From: Syntrophobacterales bacterium
GTDB taxonomy: Bacteria; Desulfobacterota; Syntrophobacteria; BM002
DNA length: 35,826 bases
Reading direction: 5' to 3'
Assembly: GCA_050123975.1 (NCBI GenBank)
Contig: JASFGC010000003.1
Location: forward strand, 1 to 35,826
The position numbers and the translations under genes are program-made. This document shows, piece after piece, positions 7,999-17,580 of the stretch (positions within the stretch are counted from its first letter, which is position 1; each line of letters opens with the position of its first letter). A model generated the notes under the pieces. That model made no database searches and was not told the origin of the DNA. It saw only the letters and a program-made list of their open reading frames with translations.

Positions 7999-9435
7999 AT
8001 GCAGATACAGGTTGATTGTCCACAGTGCGGTGGAGATATTGTTTTTGATGAAGAAATCGAGGTGGTTCGCTGTGATTATTGCGGTTCCACCAATCAAATT
8101 TCCGGTAAGTCGGGCCATCCGCGTTTTATGTTTCCACCGCGCTGGACTGAAGAAAAGTGCCGGCATCGGATTTCGTCGCTGCTCAGCGGCAAAGTGTCAT
8201 GGCGTCTGAAGAAGGACGGATTACATTTAGTCTATGCTCCATACTGGCGCACAACGGGAATGGTCTTTCATTGGCTCCTGGGCAAAAAAGAGCACAATTC
8301 ACCAACGAGTGGGCGTTCGTGGGATGATGCCAAGGAACTCAAAACCAAGCTCTTCGACTTCTCTTTTCCAGCCTACAAAGAACCAGATCTTGACTTAAAG
8401 ACTCTGGGAGTGCGCACCTCTGCAATCCCTCTACAGCTTTTTCACCACACCAGACTCTCCGGTGGTGAGATTGTTCTCCCTGTTGAGGTCAAACGGGAGG
8501 AAGCAACGCAGTATAGCAGCAGCTTCCTTACCTATGGCTTCTCTGATCGAAATTTCCGGGTGGAATTTAAAGATACGCAACTGGTGGGAGAAGTCTATTC
8601 TTTGGTTTATTTTCCATTCTGGGTCCTAGAGGTATTAGGAAACAACAGGAGAGGTCTGCTCATTATCGACGGCGTGGCCAATCGCATTAAGAAAACTGTA
8701 TGGGATCAGGATGTAACTTCTTTTTTCCAGGAACACAAATCCAGTGAAGTTGGAGTTCACTTCAGTGATCTTCGTCTTATTCCATTTGTGTGCCCAGTAT
8801 GCGGCTGGGACCTTCCTTTCTCTCCCACGAGCAAAACCCACGTTTGTGCTACCTGTACCCGGGCCTGGGCCGAAAAAGCTGGCAGTTACCAGGAAGTGGA
8901 GTATCAACTTGTGGCTGTGCCAGAAAAGTTCCAACATCCTACTCGTTACATGCCTTTCTGGGAACTAAGAATTCAGGTTCATACCCCTGATAAGGTCCTG
9001 CAAAACAGGTCCGATCTCCGCACCTTGTTGCCAAACCTTCCGCTAGCCAGAGAAAGTGGAAACGGTGCTCAGTCAATTCGATTTCTGATTCCGGCTTTCA
9101 AAATTAGAAACACCAAAGCACTCTCCAAGTTGGCCACCCTTTTTTGCGTCAACCCGCCCCCCCAATCACTTCGGGCCAACGAAGGTCTGGAAAAAGAAAA
9201 ATTCGAGGGAGTGTGTCTGGGGGGTGAAGAAGCGGAACAATTGGCACGGGTGGTTCTCATCTCAATGGTGCCCAGGTATAACCGCCGGGCTCGCAAGGTA
9301 GTAAAAAAGTCCAAAATTACAGTCGGGACATCCAGCTTAATTTACTATCCATTCTACCGTAAAGGTCTCTACTTCAGGGAAGCCAGCTCCGATTACTCAA
9401 TTCAACACGGCACAGTGGTTCTCGGTACTGACTGA
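7999..9435 (+). CDS. Zinc-ribbon protein (YdjG-like) with an internal duplication
   Basis: CPQC..CDYC at the N-terminus, CPVC..CATC mid-protein, and four Y-x-P-aromatic motifs (YAPYW, YFPFW, YMPFW, YYPFY). Confidence 0.8.
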   Translation: MQIQVDCPQCGGDIVFDEEIEVVRCDYCGSTNQISGKSGHPRFMFPPRWTEEKCRHRISSLLSGKVSWRLKKDGLHLVYAPYWRTTGMVFHWLLGKKEHNSPTSGRSWDDAKELKTKLFDFSFPAYKEPDLDLKTLGVRTSAIPLQLFHHTRLSGGEIVLPVEVKREEATQYSSSFLTYGFSDRNFRVEFKDTQLVGEVYSLVYFPFWVLEVLGNNRRGLLIIDGVANRIKKTVWDQDVTSFFQEHKSSEVGVHFSDLRLIPFVCPVCGWDLPFSPTSKTHVCATCTRAWAEKAGSYQEVEYQLVAVPEKFQHPTRYMPFWELRIQVHTPDKVLQNRSDLRTLLPNLPLARESGNGAQSIRFLIPAFKIRNTKALSKLATLFCVNPPPQSLRANEGLEKEKFEGVCLGGEEAEQLARVVLISMVPRYNRRARKVVKKSKITVGTSSLIYYPFYRKGLYFREASSDYSIQHGTVVLGTD

Positions 9436-9459
9436 GTCACTCCGGCAAGAGACAGTATG

Positions 9460-9617
9460 CAGGTGTCAGGAGGCGTAAGGCGTAAGGCGCAAGGCTCAGG
9501 GCACAAGGCAAAATCCACAATCTCACATCTCACATCCCACATCTACAATTTCGCAATTGTCCTTCGGACTCCCACCCTTCGGGCGGGTTCCCAGTTTCGC
9601 AATCCGAAGTTCGAAAT
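9460..9617 (+). repeat. Ordered heptamer composite element, copy 1 (interrupted by a hairpin at about 9557-9593)
   Basis: Contains the invariant 30-mer ggcgtaaggcgcaaggctcagggcacaagg. Confidence 0.9.
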
Positions 9618-9707
9618 TATTTCCCTATGCTCTCTGCCCTATGCCTTCAAGTTGTTTGCAGAATTAGTTGAAATAGCAGAAATGATGTTTAACATAGAGC
9701 GCAAAAG

Positions 9708-9857
9708 ACTGGATGCCAAAAGTAGATACTGGATTCTGGATACTCGATGGTCGATAATACAACATGAGAAAAGAAATCAGCATCAAGTCACGCCACCTTT
9801 TCTCATCCAGTATCAAAGGTCTAGTACCTAGTATCGAGTATCAAGGATCTAGTATCT
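9708..9857. repeat. Inverted pair of heptamer arrays (GATACTG / AGTATC type)
   Basis: gatactggattctggatactcgatggtcgat ... atccagtatcaa..tctagtacctagtatcgagtatcaaggatctagtatc. Confidence 0.7.
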
Positions 9858-9905
9858 TGCACGTTGTAATACCTTTACTATCACCTTAGTTCTTTGTGAC
9901 ACCTT

Positions 9906-10727
9906 ATGCCTCCAGTAACCTCACAAACCTCTCGTCGGCTTCGGTTTCCTGTGATTCATTCTCCCTGGAGTGACATCATTAAGTTTCTCTTGGTTCTTGC
10001 AGCTCTCGCCTGGTTGCTCTATCTGGGTACTGAGAGTTTGGGTTACAACTGGCAGTGGCACCGGGTACCCAAATACATATTGAGTGTCAAAGATGGCAAG
10101 GTAATTTTCGGTCCTCTGATTCAAGGACTGCTGGTCACCTTGCGCATCTGCGGCTGGAGTCTGGTGTTTTCCTTTGTTTTTGGATTGTTGACGGCTCTCT
10201 TACGAATATCAGACTCCATGGTAGGAAGAGGCGTGGCTCGCTGTTACTTGGAGTTGATCCGAAACACACCGCTTCTGGTTCAATTGTTTTTCCTCTATTT
10301 TGTCGTGGCACCGGTACTGAATATCGACCGTTTTACTGCGGGCGTCTTGGCACTAAGCCTTTTCGAAGGAGCATATGCTTCAGAAATCTTCAGGGCTGGA
10401 ATAGTTTCCGTCGCCAGAGGACAGTGGGAAGCGGCTCATAGTCTCGGGCTGAGCACATTTCAGACCTACCGGCATATTGTCTTACCGCAAGCGATTCGAT
10501 ACATTCTCCCCCCACTCACCAGTCAGGCGGTCGCACTTATTAAAGACTCAGCCCTGGTGAGCACCATTGCCATTTACGATCTAACCATGCAGGGGCAGGT
10601 AATAATTAGCGAGACCTTTCTTACCTTTGAGATTTGGTTCACGGTGGCGGCCATCTACCTTGTTCTTACTGTTGTGCTGTCAACCATGGCTGATATCATG
10701 GCACACCGCCTGAAAACAGCCAGTTAA
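9906..10727 (+). CDS. Polar amino acid ABC transporter permease (HisM/GlnP family)
   Basis: YLELIRNTPLLVQL, AY.SEIFRAGI..V..GQWEAA.SLG and LIKDSAL motifs. Confidence 0.95.
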   Translation: MPPVTSQTSRRLRFPVIHSPWSDIIKFLLVLAALAWLLYLGTESLGYNWQWHRVPKYILSVKDGKVIFGPLIQGLLVTLRICGWSLVFSFVFGLLTALLRISDSMVGRGVARCYLELIRNTPLLVQLFFLYFVVAPVLNIDRFTAGVLALSLFEGAYASEIFRAGIVSVARGQWEAAHSLGLSTFQTYRHIVLPQAIRYILPPLTSQAVALIKDSALVSTIAIYDLTMQGQVIISETFLTFEIWFTVAAIYLVLTVVLSTMADIMAHRLKTAS

Positions 10728-10778
10728 ATGATGTAGGTAACTGTTCATGGAGAACTGTTTAAGCTCAGATTATTTTCT

Positions 10779-11095
10779 AACCACAGAGGCACAGAGTGCA
10801 CAGAGTGATCTTGTTTTTGCCCGATCGGGAGACGGCGATCGGGCAAACCGGGAACCCGCCCGGAGGGTGGGACTCCAAGCGAAGCGCGGAGAAAAGAACT
10901 CAGCGCGCCGTCGTCTCACCGGAGCCGACGCGTTGATAATCCTCGGTCATTATTGTGCGTAATCAATGCTCGTACACAGACGGAGGGTGTATGCTCCTAA
11001 GAGCTTCCGCCGAAGGCGGAGGCTCTTTTCCCTGGCCGTCATCTCCCGGCCAGGGGAAAATATCTGTCCTCTGTGACCTCTGTGTCTCCGTGGTT
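10779..11095. mobile_element. About 317-bp element bounded by inverted 9-mer arrays (CACAGAG type), with internal hairpins
   Basis: aaccacagaggcacagagtgcacagag ... ctctgtgacctctgtgtctccgtggtt; inner hairpins tttgcccgatcg..cgatcgggcaaa and ttttccctggccg..cggccaggggaaaa. Confidence 0.65.
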
Positions 11096-11139
11096 CAAAA
11101 TCTTCTTGCTTTCAACTTTCTAACCTTCCGGAGAATTGT

Positions 11140-11892
11140 ATGCAGATGAAGGAATTAGGCGATTACATCATTGAAGTGGACCGCATCCACAAGACATTTC
11201 CCGACGGGGTTCAAGCTCTTTGTGACTTCTCCACCAGGATCCGGCGCAGCGAGGTTGTTGTAGTTATTGGCCCCTCCGGTGCTGGTAAATCTACGTTTCT
11301 CAGGTGTCTGAACGGCCTTGAAGACTTTGATAGTGGCACCATTACCATCGACGGTATACCTCTCGACGATAAAAAGGAAAATCGCTTCGAAATCCGCAAA
11401 GAAGTAGGCATGGTTTTTCAGTTATTCAACCTCTTTCCACATATGACTGTAGTAGAAAACGTTAATCTGGCACAAATACTTGTCAGGAAAAAGAACCATA
11501 ACGAGGCTACCAAAGTGACCATGTCACTTTTAGAGAAGGTGGGCATTCCTGAAAAAGCCCAGAGCTATCCGAGCCAACTCAGTGGCGGCCAGCAACAGCG
11601 CGTTGCCATTGCCAGGGCTTTGGCCATGGTACCCAAGGTGATGCTTTTCGACGAGGCAACAAGTGCTCTCGATCCGGAAATGGTTGGCGAGGTCCTTGAG
11701 GTCATGAAAACCCTTGCTCAGGAAGGTATGACCATGGTTGTGGTAACGCATGAGATGGGCTTCGCCCGAGAAGTCGGCGATCGGGTAATATTTATGGATG
11801 AAGGACGTACTGTGGAAGAAGGGGCAGTAGAACAAATTTTTTCCAATCCGCAGCAGGAACGAACGAAACAGTTTTTTAGTCAAATACTTTGA
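11140..11892 (+). CDS. Amino acid ABC transporter ATP-binding protein (GlnQ family)
   Basis: Walker [17 protein letters not shown] signature, [11 protein letters not shown] and VVTHEMGFA. Confidence 0.96.
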   Translation: MQMKELGDYIIEVDRIHKTFPDGVQALCDFSTRIRRSEVVVVIGPSGAGKSTFLRCLNGLEDFDSGTITIDGIPLDDKKENRFEIRKEVGMVFQLFNLFPHMTVVENVNLAQILVRKKNHNEATKVTMSLLEKVGIPEKAQSYPSQLSGGQQQRVAIARALAMVPKVMLFDEATSALDPEMVGEVLEVMKTLAQEGMTMVVVTHEMGFAREVGDRVIFMDEGRTVEEGAVEQIFSNPQQERTKQFFSQIL

Positions 11893-11985
11893 GGGCATAG
11901 TGCATGGGGCAAAGGGCATGGAGTAACAGAGCTTGTTTTCATCCGCTCCATGCCTTTTGAGAATAAAAAAACGAAGGAGGAAATA

Positions 11986-12816
11986 ATGAAGACTCGCCGT
12001 CCACTTTTGCAGATTTTGATCATAATCTTTCTGGTGTGTTTTATGGTGGCATCAGGTTCAGCAGGCAAACTCCAGAAGCAATTGGCAGCCGAAAGCACGA
12101 TCGAGAAAGTACTCAAGCGTGGGGTACTTCGTGTGGGTATGTCCACCTTCCTTCCATGGGCCATGAAGGACAAGACAGGGGATTTGGTTGGCTTTGAAAT
12201 TGACGTTGCCACCAGACTGGCAGAAGATACCGGGGTCAAAGTTGAGTTTGTCCCAACCAAATGGGATGGTATCATTCCGGCACTTCTTACTGGTAAGTTC
12301 GATGTCATTATAGGTGGCATGACCATCCGTTCTGACCGCAACCTCAAGGTCAACTTCACCATACCCTACGACTACAGTGGTCAGACTATTTGCGCCCACA
12401 AGAAATTGGCTGCCGGTTTCAAGGGGCCGGAAGATTTCAATCGACCTGACGTCACCGTGGGTGCTCGGCTCGGTTCCACATCCGTTCCTGCAATTAAAAG
12501 AATGATGCCCAAGGCAAAGCTCCGTCTTTTTTCTGAGGAACCCCAGCTTTATCAGGAACTGCTCAATGGCAAGCTCCATGCTGTTATCGCTTCCCTGCCA
12601 ACACCCGCCTTTCAAGCCCTCAGGTATCCAGACACGCTGTTTGCAATCACAGAACCTTTCTCGCGCGAGCTCATTGGCTTTGCTGTCCGAAAAGGTGACA
12701 TTGACACCCTCAATTACTTTAACAGCTGGATTCGGACTGTCGAGGCGGAAGGCTGGCTACAAGAGCGGCACAATTATTGGTTTAACACCAGAGAGTGGGA
12801 GAAGTTTATTCAATAA
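11986..12816 (+). CDS. Amino acid ABC transporter substrate-binding protein (family 3)
   Basis: Signal peptide, GFEIDVA, WDGIIPALLTGKFDVIIGGMTI..R...VNF; AAGGAGG RBS before ATG 11986. Confidence 0.95.
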   Translation: MKTRRPLLQILIIIFLVCFMVASGSAGKLQKQLAAESTIEKVLKRGVLRVGMSTFLPWAMKDKTGDLVGFEIDVATRLAEDTGVKVEFVPTKWDGIIPALLTGKFDVIIGGMTIRSDRNLKVNFTIPYDYSGQTICAHKKLAAGFKGPEDFNRPDVTVGARLGSTSVPAIKRMMPKAKLRLFSEEPQLYQELLNGKLHAVIASLPTPAFQALRYPDTLFAITEPFSRELIGFAVRKGDIDTLNYFNSWIRTVEAEGWLQERHNYWFNTREWEKFIQ

Positions 12817-12826
12817 GAGACGGCAC

Positions 12827-12968
12827 ATTGCGGATTTTGGATCTCGGATTGCGGAATTGCAGATGCGGGATGTGAGATGTGAGATTGTTTATTTTACCTT
12901 GTGCCCTGAGCCTTGCGCCTTACGCCCTACGTCTCCTGACACCTGACACCTGAAACCTTGACACCTGA
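12827..12968 (-). repeat. Ordered heptamer composite element, copy 2
   Basis: Reverse complement carries tcaggtg repeats, the invariant 30-mer and tctcaca/tccgcaa arrays. Confidence 0.9.
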
Positions 12969-12970
12969 TT

Positions 12971-13858
12971 ATGTTGCAGAAGAAAAAATTCAAGATAACC
13001 CCGCTTGACCTCGTTGTTGCCGGGCTCCTCCTGGCTGCGGTTGTCTATTTGGGCTACCGGATTAGAGTGGGACTTCATTACAAATGGAACTGGCAAGCCA
13101 TACCGCAGTATCTTTATCGTTACGACCAGGAGAGCGGCAAATGGGTAGCCAATCTAATAATGCAGGGGCTTTTCACTACTCTTCGTCTCAGTATCTGGGG
13201 TACTGTGCTGGCAACTATTCTGGGAACCATAATGGGTCTCTGTCGCATAAGCCGGGGCCTGTTCTATCGGTTGCTTGGACGTTCGTACGTCGAATTGATT
13301 CGCAACATGCCCCCATTGGTTCTTATCTTTATCTTTTACTACTTCGTGAGCAGCCAAATAATCCCGGTGTTGGGTTTGGATGAATTCATCTTGGCACAAT
13401 CAGAGACCACACAGCGGCTTTGTGAACTGCTGTTTGCGCCACCAGCATTTCTCTCAGCTTTTTTCTCTGCACTCGTCACTCTGGCGATCTTTGAGGGCGC
13501 ATACATCGCCGAGATAGTCCGAGCTGGAATTCAGTCCATCGAAAAAGGACAGTGGGAGGCTTCTCACGCACTTGGTTTATCAAGATGGCAACAGATGCGT
13601 CACATCATCCTCCCGCAGGCAGTACAACGAATCCTTCCGCCCTTGGCAGGACAGTTCATATCCCTTATAAAAGATTCCTCTATCGTTTCAGTTATTTCAA
13701 TCCAAGAGCTGACTTTCCAGGGAATGGAATTGATGGCCGCAACGTATCTCACCTTCGAAATCTGGATTACGGTAACCCTGTTATATATGGTAATGACCTT
13801 TACCTGCTCTCTGGCCGTGCAGAGGCTTGAAGTCCGAATGGCGAAAGGGAGGGCCTGA
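12971..13858 (+). CDS. Polar amino acid ABC transporter permease (second)
   Basis: YVELIRNMPPLV, AYIAEIVRAGIQSIEKGQWEA..ALG and LIKDSSI motifs. Confidence 0.95.
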   Translation: MLQKKKFKITPLDLVVAGLLLAAVVYLGYRIRVGLHYKWNWQAIPQYLYRYDQESGKWVANLIMQGLFTTLRLSIWGTVLATILGTIMGLCRISRGLFYRLLGRSYVELIRNMPPLVLIFIFYYFVSSQIIPVLGLDEFILAQSETTQRLCELLFAPPAFLSAFFSALVTLAIFEGAYIAEIVRAGIQSIEKGQWEASHALGLSRWQQMRHIILPQAVQRILPPLAGQFISLIKDSSIVSVISIQELTFQGMELMAATYLTFEIWITVTLLYMVMTFTCSLAVQRLEVRMAKGRA

Positions 13859-13860
13859 GA

Positions 13861-14143
13861 GGCACTAGGCACTAGGAACTAGACACTAGGCACAGAAAGA
13901 CGACGCGGCGACACGGAGAAACGGCGAAACGGGGATTAGCGGTCAAAGATCAGAGGTCAGACGACAGAAGGCAGCCCTCGACAAGCTCGGGACAGGCGGG
14001 CGGCTGGCAGAAAACAATTAGGCACTAGACACATTTCTCATTGAACATTTTTCATCTCTCATTGACTATCGAGAGAAAAAAATGATAGGGGTGCTGGACT
14101 GAAAAACCTTGGAATGTGGAATGACAAATGCGCAATGAGAAAT
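13861..14143. repeat. Compound repeat (GGCACTA heptamers, ACGGVGA octamers, short hairpin), then an inverted CATTTCT/AATG heptamer pair
   Basis: Read directly. 13861-13945 is an insertion-free homologue of 1543-1660. Confidence 0.75.
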
Positions 14144-14154
14144 TACCAACGATT

Positions 14155-15129
14155 ATGGCTCCTCTGCTAAGAATCATCGTACCCTCCCTCTTTGGCCTTT
14201 CCTTGTTGGCCTGCGCCACTACGATTACCAAACCCAACAATGTCTGGTACCAACAAGACACCCTGGATTCAACCATGCGGACTGATCTGGCGGTATGTGA
14301 ATCAGACACAACTGATCAGACAATGATCGCTGACTGCATGAGAACAAAGGGCTACCTGCTCATTTCCAAGCCGCAGGCGGAGCTATTGTTAGTGAGATCG
14401 CTTCAGGAAGAAGGCTTAAACGATGATGAAATTGCCACTCAACTCCAATGGAATGAAAAGAAAGTGCGACGCTATCTTGACGAAGATTACGAATTGCCAC
14501 GGACTGCTTCCTTCGGGCGGCAACCCATAGAAATATCCGTTAGGATTGGCAAGCCGGCTGTAAGGCCTCTGATAGCTGACCTGAAAGACAACGATCCACT
14601 TGTTAGAAGTAATGCGGTGAAGGCGTTGGGCGCAATAGAGGATCCGCGTGCAGTTAAACCTTTGATTGCGGTATTAGATGACATTGATCCACTCATTCAG
14701 AGACAGGCGGTAAAGGCACTTGGAAGAATTAATGACCTTCGAGCGGTGGAACCACTCATTGGCGTTTTGGAGGATAGAGAAAAGAAGCCATATGTTCGCA
14801 TGAGTGCGGCCGAAGCCTTGGGCAGTATGGGTGACTCACGGGCAGTGGAACCTCTCGTCGATGCTCTCTACGATCCACACTGGGAAGTCCGAGGCTATGC
14901 CGCAGAAGCACTGGGCAGGATCGGGGATCCTCGTGCAGTTGAACCCCTGATTGCGGCCTTGAAGGATCAAGACGCAACGGTGAGAGGGAATGCGGCGGAC
15001 GGGCTGGCTAAGATTAGAGACCCGCGGGCCATAGAAGCACTGTCGGCGGCGCTAACCGACAAAAGCAAAACAGTTCGGAAAAAAGCGGCCCGGGCATTAG
15101 CAGTGATTGCTGGGGAAGACTTTTGGTAG
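14155..15129 (+). CDS. HEAT/PBS-lyase repeat-containing putative lipoprotein
   Basis: Lipobox LSLLAC and about 6 repeats of AV.PLI..L.D.D..VR..AA.ALG.IGD.R. ATG 14155 preferred because 14128 lies in a repeat array. Confidence 0.88.
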   Translation: MAPLLRIIVPSLFGLSLLACATTITKPNNVWYQQDTLDSTMRTDLAVCESDTTDQTMIADCMRTKGYLLISKPQAELLLVRSLQEEGLNDDEIATQLQWNEKKVRRYLDEDYELPRTASFGRQPIEISVRIGKPAVRPLIADLKDNDPLVRSNAVKALGAIEDPRAVKPLIAVLDDIDPLIQRQAVKALGRINDLRAVEPLIGVLEDREKKPYVRMSAAEALGSMGDSRAVEPLVDALYDPHWEVRGYAAEALGRIGDPRAVEPLIAALKDQDATVRGNAADGLAKIRDPRAIEALSAALTDKSKTVRKKAARALAVIAGEDFW

Positions 15130-15154
15130 AGTTGAAGAAAGGAAGAACAGTCTT

Positions 15155-16153
15155 TTATGTAGGCTTGCTTTCATCTAAGTACTGCTCCCCTTTCGCAGCA
15201 ATTTTGTATTCGGGAGGTCGGCCGACCTCAACAGCTATATTTATGTATGCCTGCTCTTTGAGAACATCCAGATAAGGTTCCAATTTGCGTTCAACAATCC
15301 CAAGTAGATCTGACAAATCTTCCAGAGGATAGCCTGTATCACCCGAAGCGGCCAGAAGTTTGAGAACTCTTTTCTGTACACTTTCGGTCTCTTGCGGAGC
15401 ATCTTTCTTCTTGCGACGGAGCCCTTTTACTTTGACCTTCTTCCCGCGTGATGGGCGTGGTTTTTGGGGCTTCGGTTTCGGAGGCTTCGGTTTCGGAGGC
15501 TTCGGTTTCGGAGGTTCTGGTTCGCTGGGCTCCTCTTTCTCTCTTATCTTTTCTTCAATCCTCTCGTCGATTTTCTCTTCTAGCACTTGAGCAATGAAGG
15601 GTGCCGCGTCAGCAGCCTCTAATTCTTGTCCATCCGATGCGGGTTCTCTCTCGAGATGATCGATTGAAATCGGTTCATCACCATGTACAAGCGACACCAA
15701 GGTAGCCCGCAACTCGGCCTTCATGGTGTCATAGGACAGACGCGGAAGCCGTCGGATAGCAAAACGCTTTTTCAAATCTTCAAAAAGTTGCTCCATAAAA
15801 TCATTATCATCAACCTCCATCACCTCAAAGGTGCGAAGGTGTGATGGCAGGCCAATTTTGTTTAGTCCAGAATGGCAGAGGCAGCTGATTGGCAGGCTCT
15901 TGGTCCAGGCACAGCCAAATTCGAAATGGATCCACGGTTGGCGAATTGATTTTGGACTGCAGAGCACCAAGAGAAGATCTGCATCTGTTAGCGCACCATC
16001 GAGCCCTACGAGCCATTTGTCACCAACTCCACCCTCGCCAGAGTTGCTGCTTAGCAATACTTCAGCTTGCCCGAGAAAGGTGGACTCGATAAAGTCCTTC
16101 AGGAGCAACGCAATTAAGGCCTCGTCAGAAATGTGACTAATTAGTATTTTCAA
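15155..16153 (-). CDS. TIR (TIR_2-like) domain protein with a Pro/Lys linker and C-terminal winged-helix-like domain
   Basis: ILISHISDE..., LLVLCSPKSI.QPWIHFEFGCAW (Glu78), PPKPK repeats and a C-terminal VLKLLA...LEDLSDLLG...YLDVL...Y.I...G..YL. GAGGAGG RBS before the TTG. Confidence 0.85.
   Translation of the reverse strand: MKILISHISDEALIALLLKDFIESTFLGQAEVLLSSNSGEGGVGDKWLVGLDGALTDADLLLVLCSPKSIRQPWIHFEFGCAWTKSLPISCLCHSGLNKIGLPSHLRTFEVMEVDDNDFMEQLFEDLKKRFAIRRLPRLSYDTMKAELRATLVSLVHGDEPISIDHLEREPASDGQELEAADAAPFIAQVLEEKIDERIEEKIREKEEPSEPEPPKPKPPKPKPPKPKPQKPRPSRGKKVKVKGLRRKKKDAPQETESVQKRVLKLLAASGDTGYPLEDLSDLLGIVERKLEPYLDVLKEQAYINIAVEVGRPPEYKIAAKGEQYLDESKPT
15467..15514 (-). repeat. Coding 15-bp tandem repeat (PPKPK x3)
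   Basis: ggcttcggtttcgga repeated three times. Confidence 0.9.
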
Positions 16154-16234
16154 GACCGCATTCCTCCTCGATGTGATTTCGCAGCCCCTTGGGAATCAAT
16201 CAACAAAATCCTTTGTCTTTAACCCGCTATGGTT

Positions 16235-16250
16235 AGCACGACTCGTGCCA
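16235..16250 (-). promoter_or_regulatory. Sigma54 -24/-12 promoter for the TIR gene
   Basis: Minus strand TGGCACGAGTCGTGCT = TGGCACG-N-TGC with GG-N10-GC spacing, about 80 nt upstream of the start. Confidence 0.75.
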
Positions 16251-16300
16251 AAACAGATCCAGAAAGAAAGTCTGGCCCAGTGAATATAGTAATGGTCCAA

Positions 16301-16444
16301 AGCCCACCTCAAGTACCAAATCTCGAGGTGTCAGGTGTCAGGAAGGCCTAAGGCGTAAGGCGCAAGGCTCAGGGCACAAGGTAAGATCCACAATCTCACA
16401 TCCCACATCCCACATCCCACATCTGCAGTTCCGCAATCCGAAAT
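16301..16444 (+). repeat. Ordered heptamer composite element, copy 3
   Basis: aggtgtcaggtgtcagga, the invariant 30-mer, tcccaca x3 and tccgcaatccgaaat. Confidence 0.9.
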
Positions 16445-16445
16445 G

Positions 16446-16473
16446 AAAAAAGCCACGCCCAAAAGGCATGGCT
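16446..16473 (-). terminator. Intrinsic terminator
   Basis: Minus strand agccatgcc-tttt-gggcgtggct followed by a T-run. Confidence 0.6.
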
Positions 16474-16509
16474 CTTATTTCTTATTCAAGTTGCTACCAG
16501 ACTCACTGG

Positions 16510-16786
16510 AGTTTCCAATTCATGAATGATGAATTTTCTTCGTCCCCTGCGGGGACTCAGTCCCACCCCTTTGGGGCGGATTCCCGGTTTCTGCAAGGTC
16601 CAGGACAATTTCGCTGAATAGCGGAATTGGACAGCCGTCAGGCTGCCCGTTAGGGCGATCCCGCAGAAATGCGGGTGAGTCAAATCAAGGGATTGCGCGG
16701 AGGCGTACTTTTAAGGTACGCCGCACAAGAAATCCCGCAGATTGACGCAGGGATTGCAAAAAAGGGCCATTCATGGATGGAAACTA
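16510..16786. mobile_element. MITE/REPIN-like element with imperfect TIRs
   Basis: agtttccaattcatgaatg (16510-16528) versus cattcatggatggaaacta (16768-16786); core gaggcgtac-N7-gtacg at 16700-16720. Confidence 0.7.
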
Positions 16787-17227
16787 CCCTAGCTTCTCAC
16801 ATATACCCTTCCCATAATCCTGACAGGCACGCAAGCCTTCACTCTCTTCCACAAGATCTTCCTTTAGATTGAAAGAACCCAAATTGGTCATTTCCATTTT
16901 GAATACGTGCTCCATGGTGTCAAACACTATAGCGGGAGCATCTCCGCTGTGGGTGTATGAACCAAAGGCGCCACCCACCTTGCCCGCCAAGTTTGCCTTC
17001 TGCGCTAAAAACAGAAAGGTCTTCATCGTACCGATCATGTCTCTGTGGTAAGTGGGCGACCCAAAGACATAGGCATCATAACCTGTGACTTCTTCCTCGT
17101 TCTTGAGCTGGGTGATCTTTTGAAGTTCAGCTTCGTGCCCTCCCATGCGGATCCCTTCAGCTATGCCCTCAGCCATCTTCTCGGTTTTGCCTGTCCTGCT
17201 GTCGTAGGCAATCAGTACCTTTTTCAT
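16784..17227 (-). CDS. Flavodoxin-domain protein
   Basis: IAYDSRTGKTEKMA, FGSPTY and GGAFGSY.HSG; GGAGG RBS. Confidence 0.92.
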   Translation of the reverse strand: MKKVLIAYDSRTGKTEKMAEGIAEGIRMGGHEAELQKITQLKNEEEVTGYDAYVFGSPTYHRDMIGTMKTFLFLAQKANLAGKVGGAFGSYTHSGDAPAIVFDTMEHVFKMEMTNLGSFNLKEDLVEESEGLRACQDYGKGICEKLG

Positions 17228-17240
17228 CTTGAAACCTCCT

Positions 17241-17324
17241 TTGCAATTTTAGATTGTAGAATGCAGATTGAAGATTGCAACTACAGACCTATGCTCTTAA
17301 ACCTGAAATCTTCAATCTTCAATC
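17241..17324. repeat. Inverted pair of heptamer arrays (AGATTGH / AATCTTC)
   Basis: agattgtagaatgcagattgaagattg ... aaatcttcaatcttcaatc. Confidence 0.7.
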
Positions 17325-17535
17325 ACTTAAGCGTTTGTAGTTTGTCATGCCACGCACAACGATTACAGTACGTTTCAGTTTCACCCTCAACCGTGGGCAG
17401 TTCAGACTCATCTACCTCTGAGCTGAAAATGATCTTTCCCTCTTCAAGATCAAATTCATATATTTCAAAAGGATCATCAGGGTCTTTAAAGAAAAAGCTC
17501 TGGGAGCTACAAAGCGGACATTTCGAGTTAGCCAT
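17323..17535 (-). CDS. Small protein with two CxxC motifs (putative zinc ribbon)
   Basis: CPLC ... CNRC.WH; AAGGAGGAG RBS before ATG 17535. Confidence 0.8.
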   Translation of the reverse strand: MANSKCPLCSSQSFFFKDPDDPFEIYEFDLEEGKIIFSSEVDESELPTVEGETETYCNRCAWHDKLQTLK

Positions 17536-17580
17536 TTCTCCTCCTTGCTTGGCACTCTGGCATCGAATTACCACTCCTTA

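Noticed and set aside
9457-9831. 124-aa ORF; also 33167-33634, 33163-33468, 1281-1544, 1480-1815 and 7901-8209
   Set aside because: Translations of heptamer repeat DNA (IRNPQSA, SHLTSHI, VSGVR). Their mutual similarity comes from the repeat.
14155-16153. TIR plus HEAT as a Thoeris-like two-gene defence operon
   Set aside because: The genes are convergent, the HEAT protein looks exported, and no ThsA-type effector is present.
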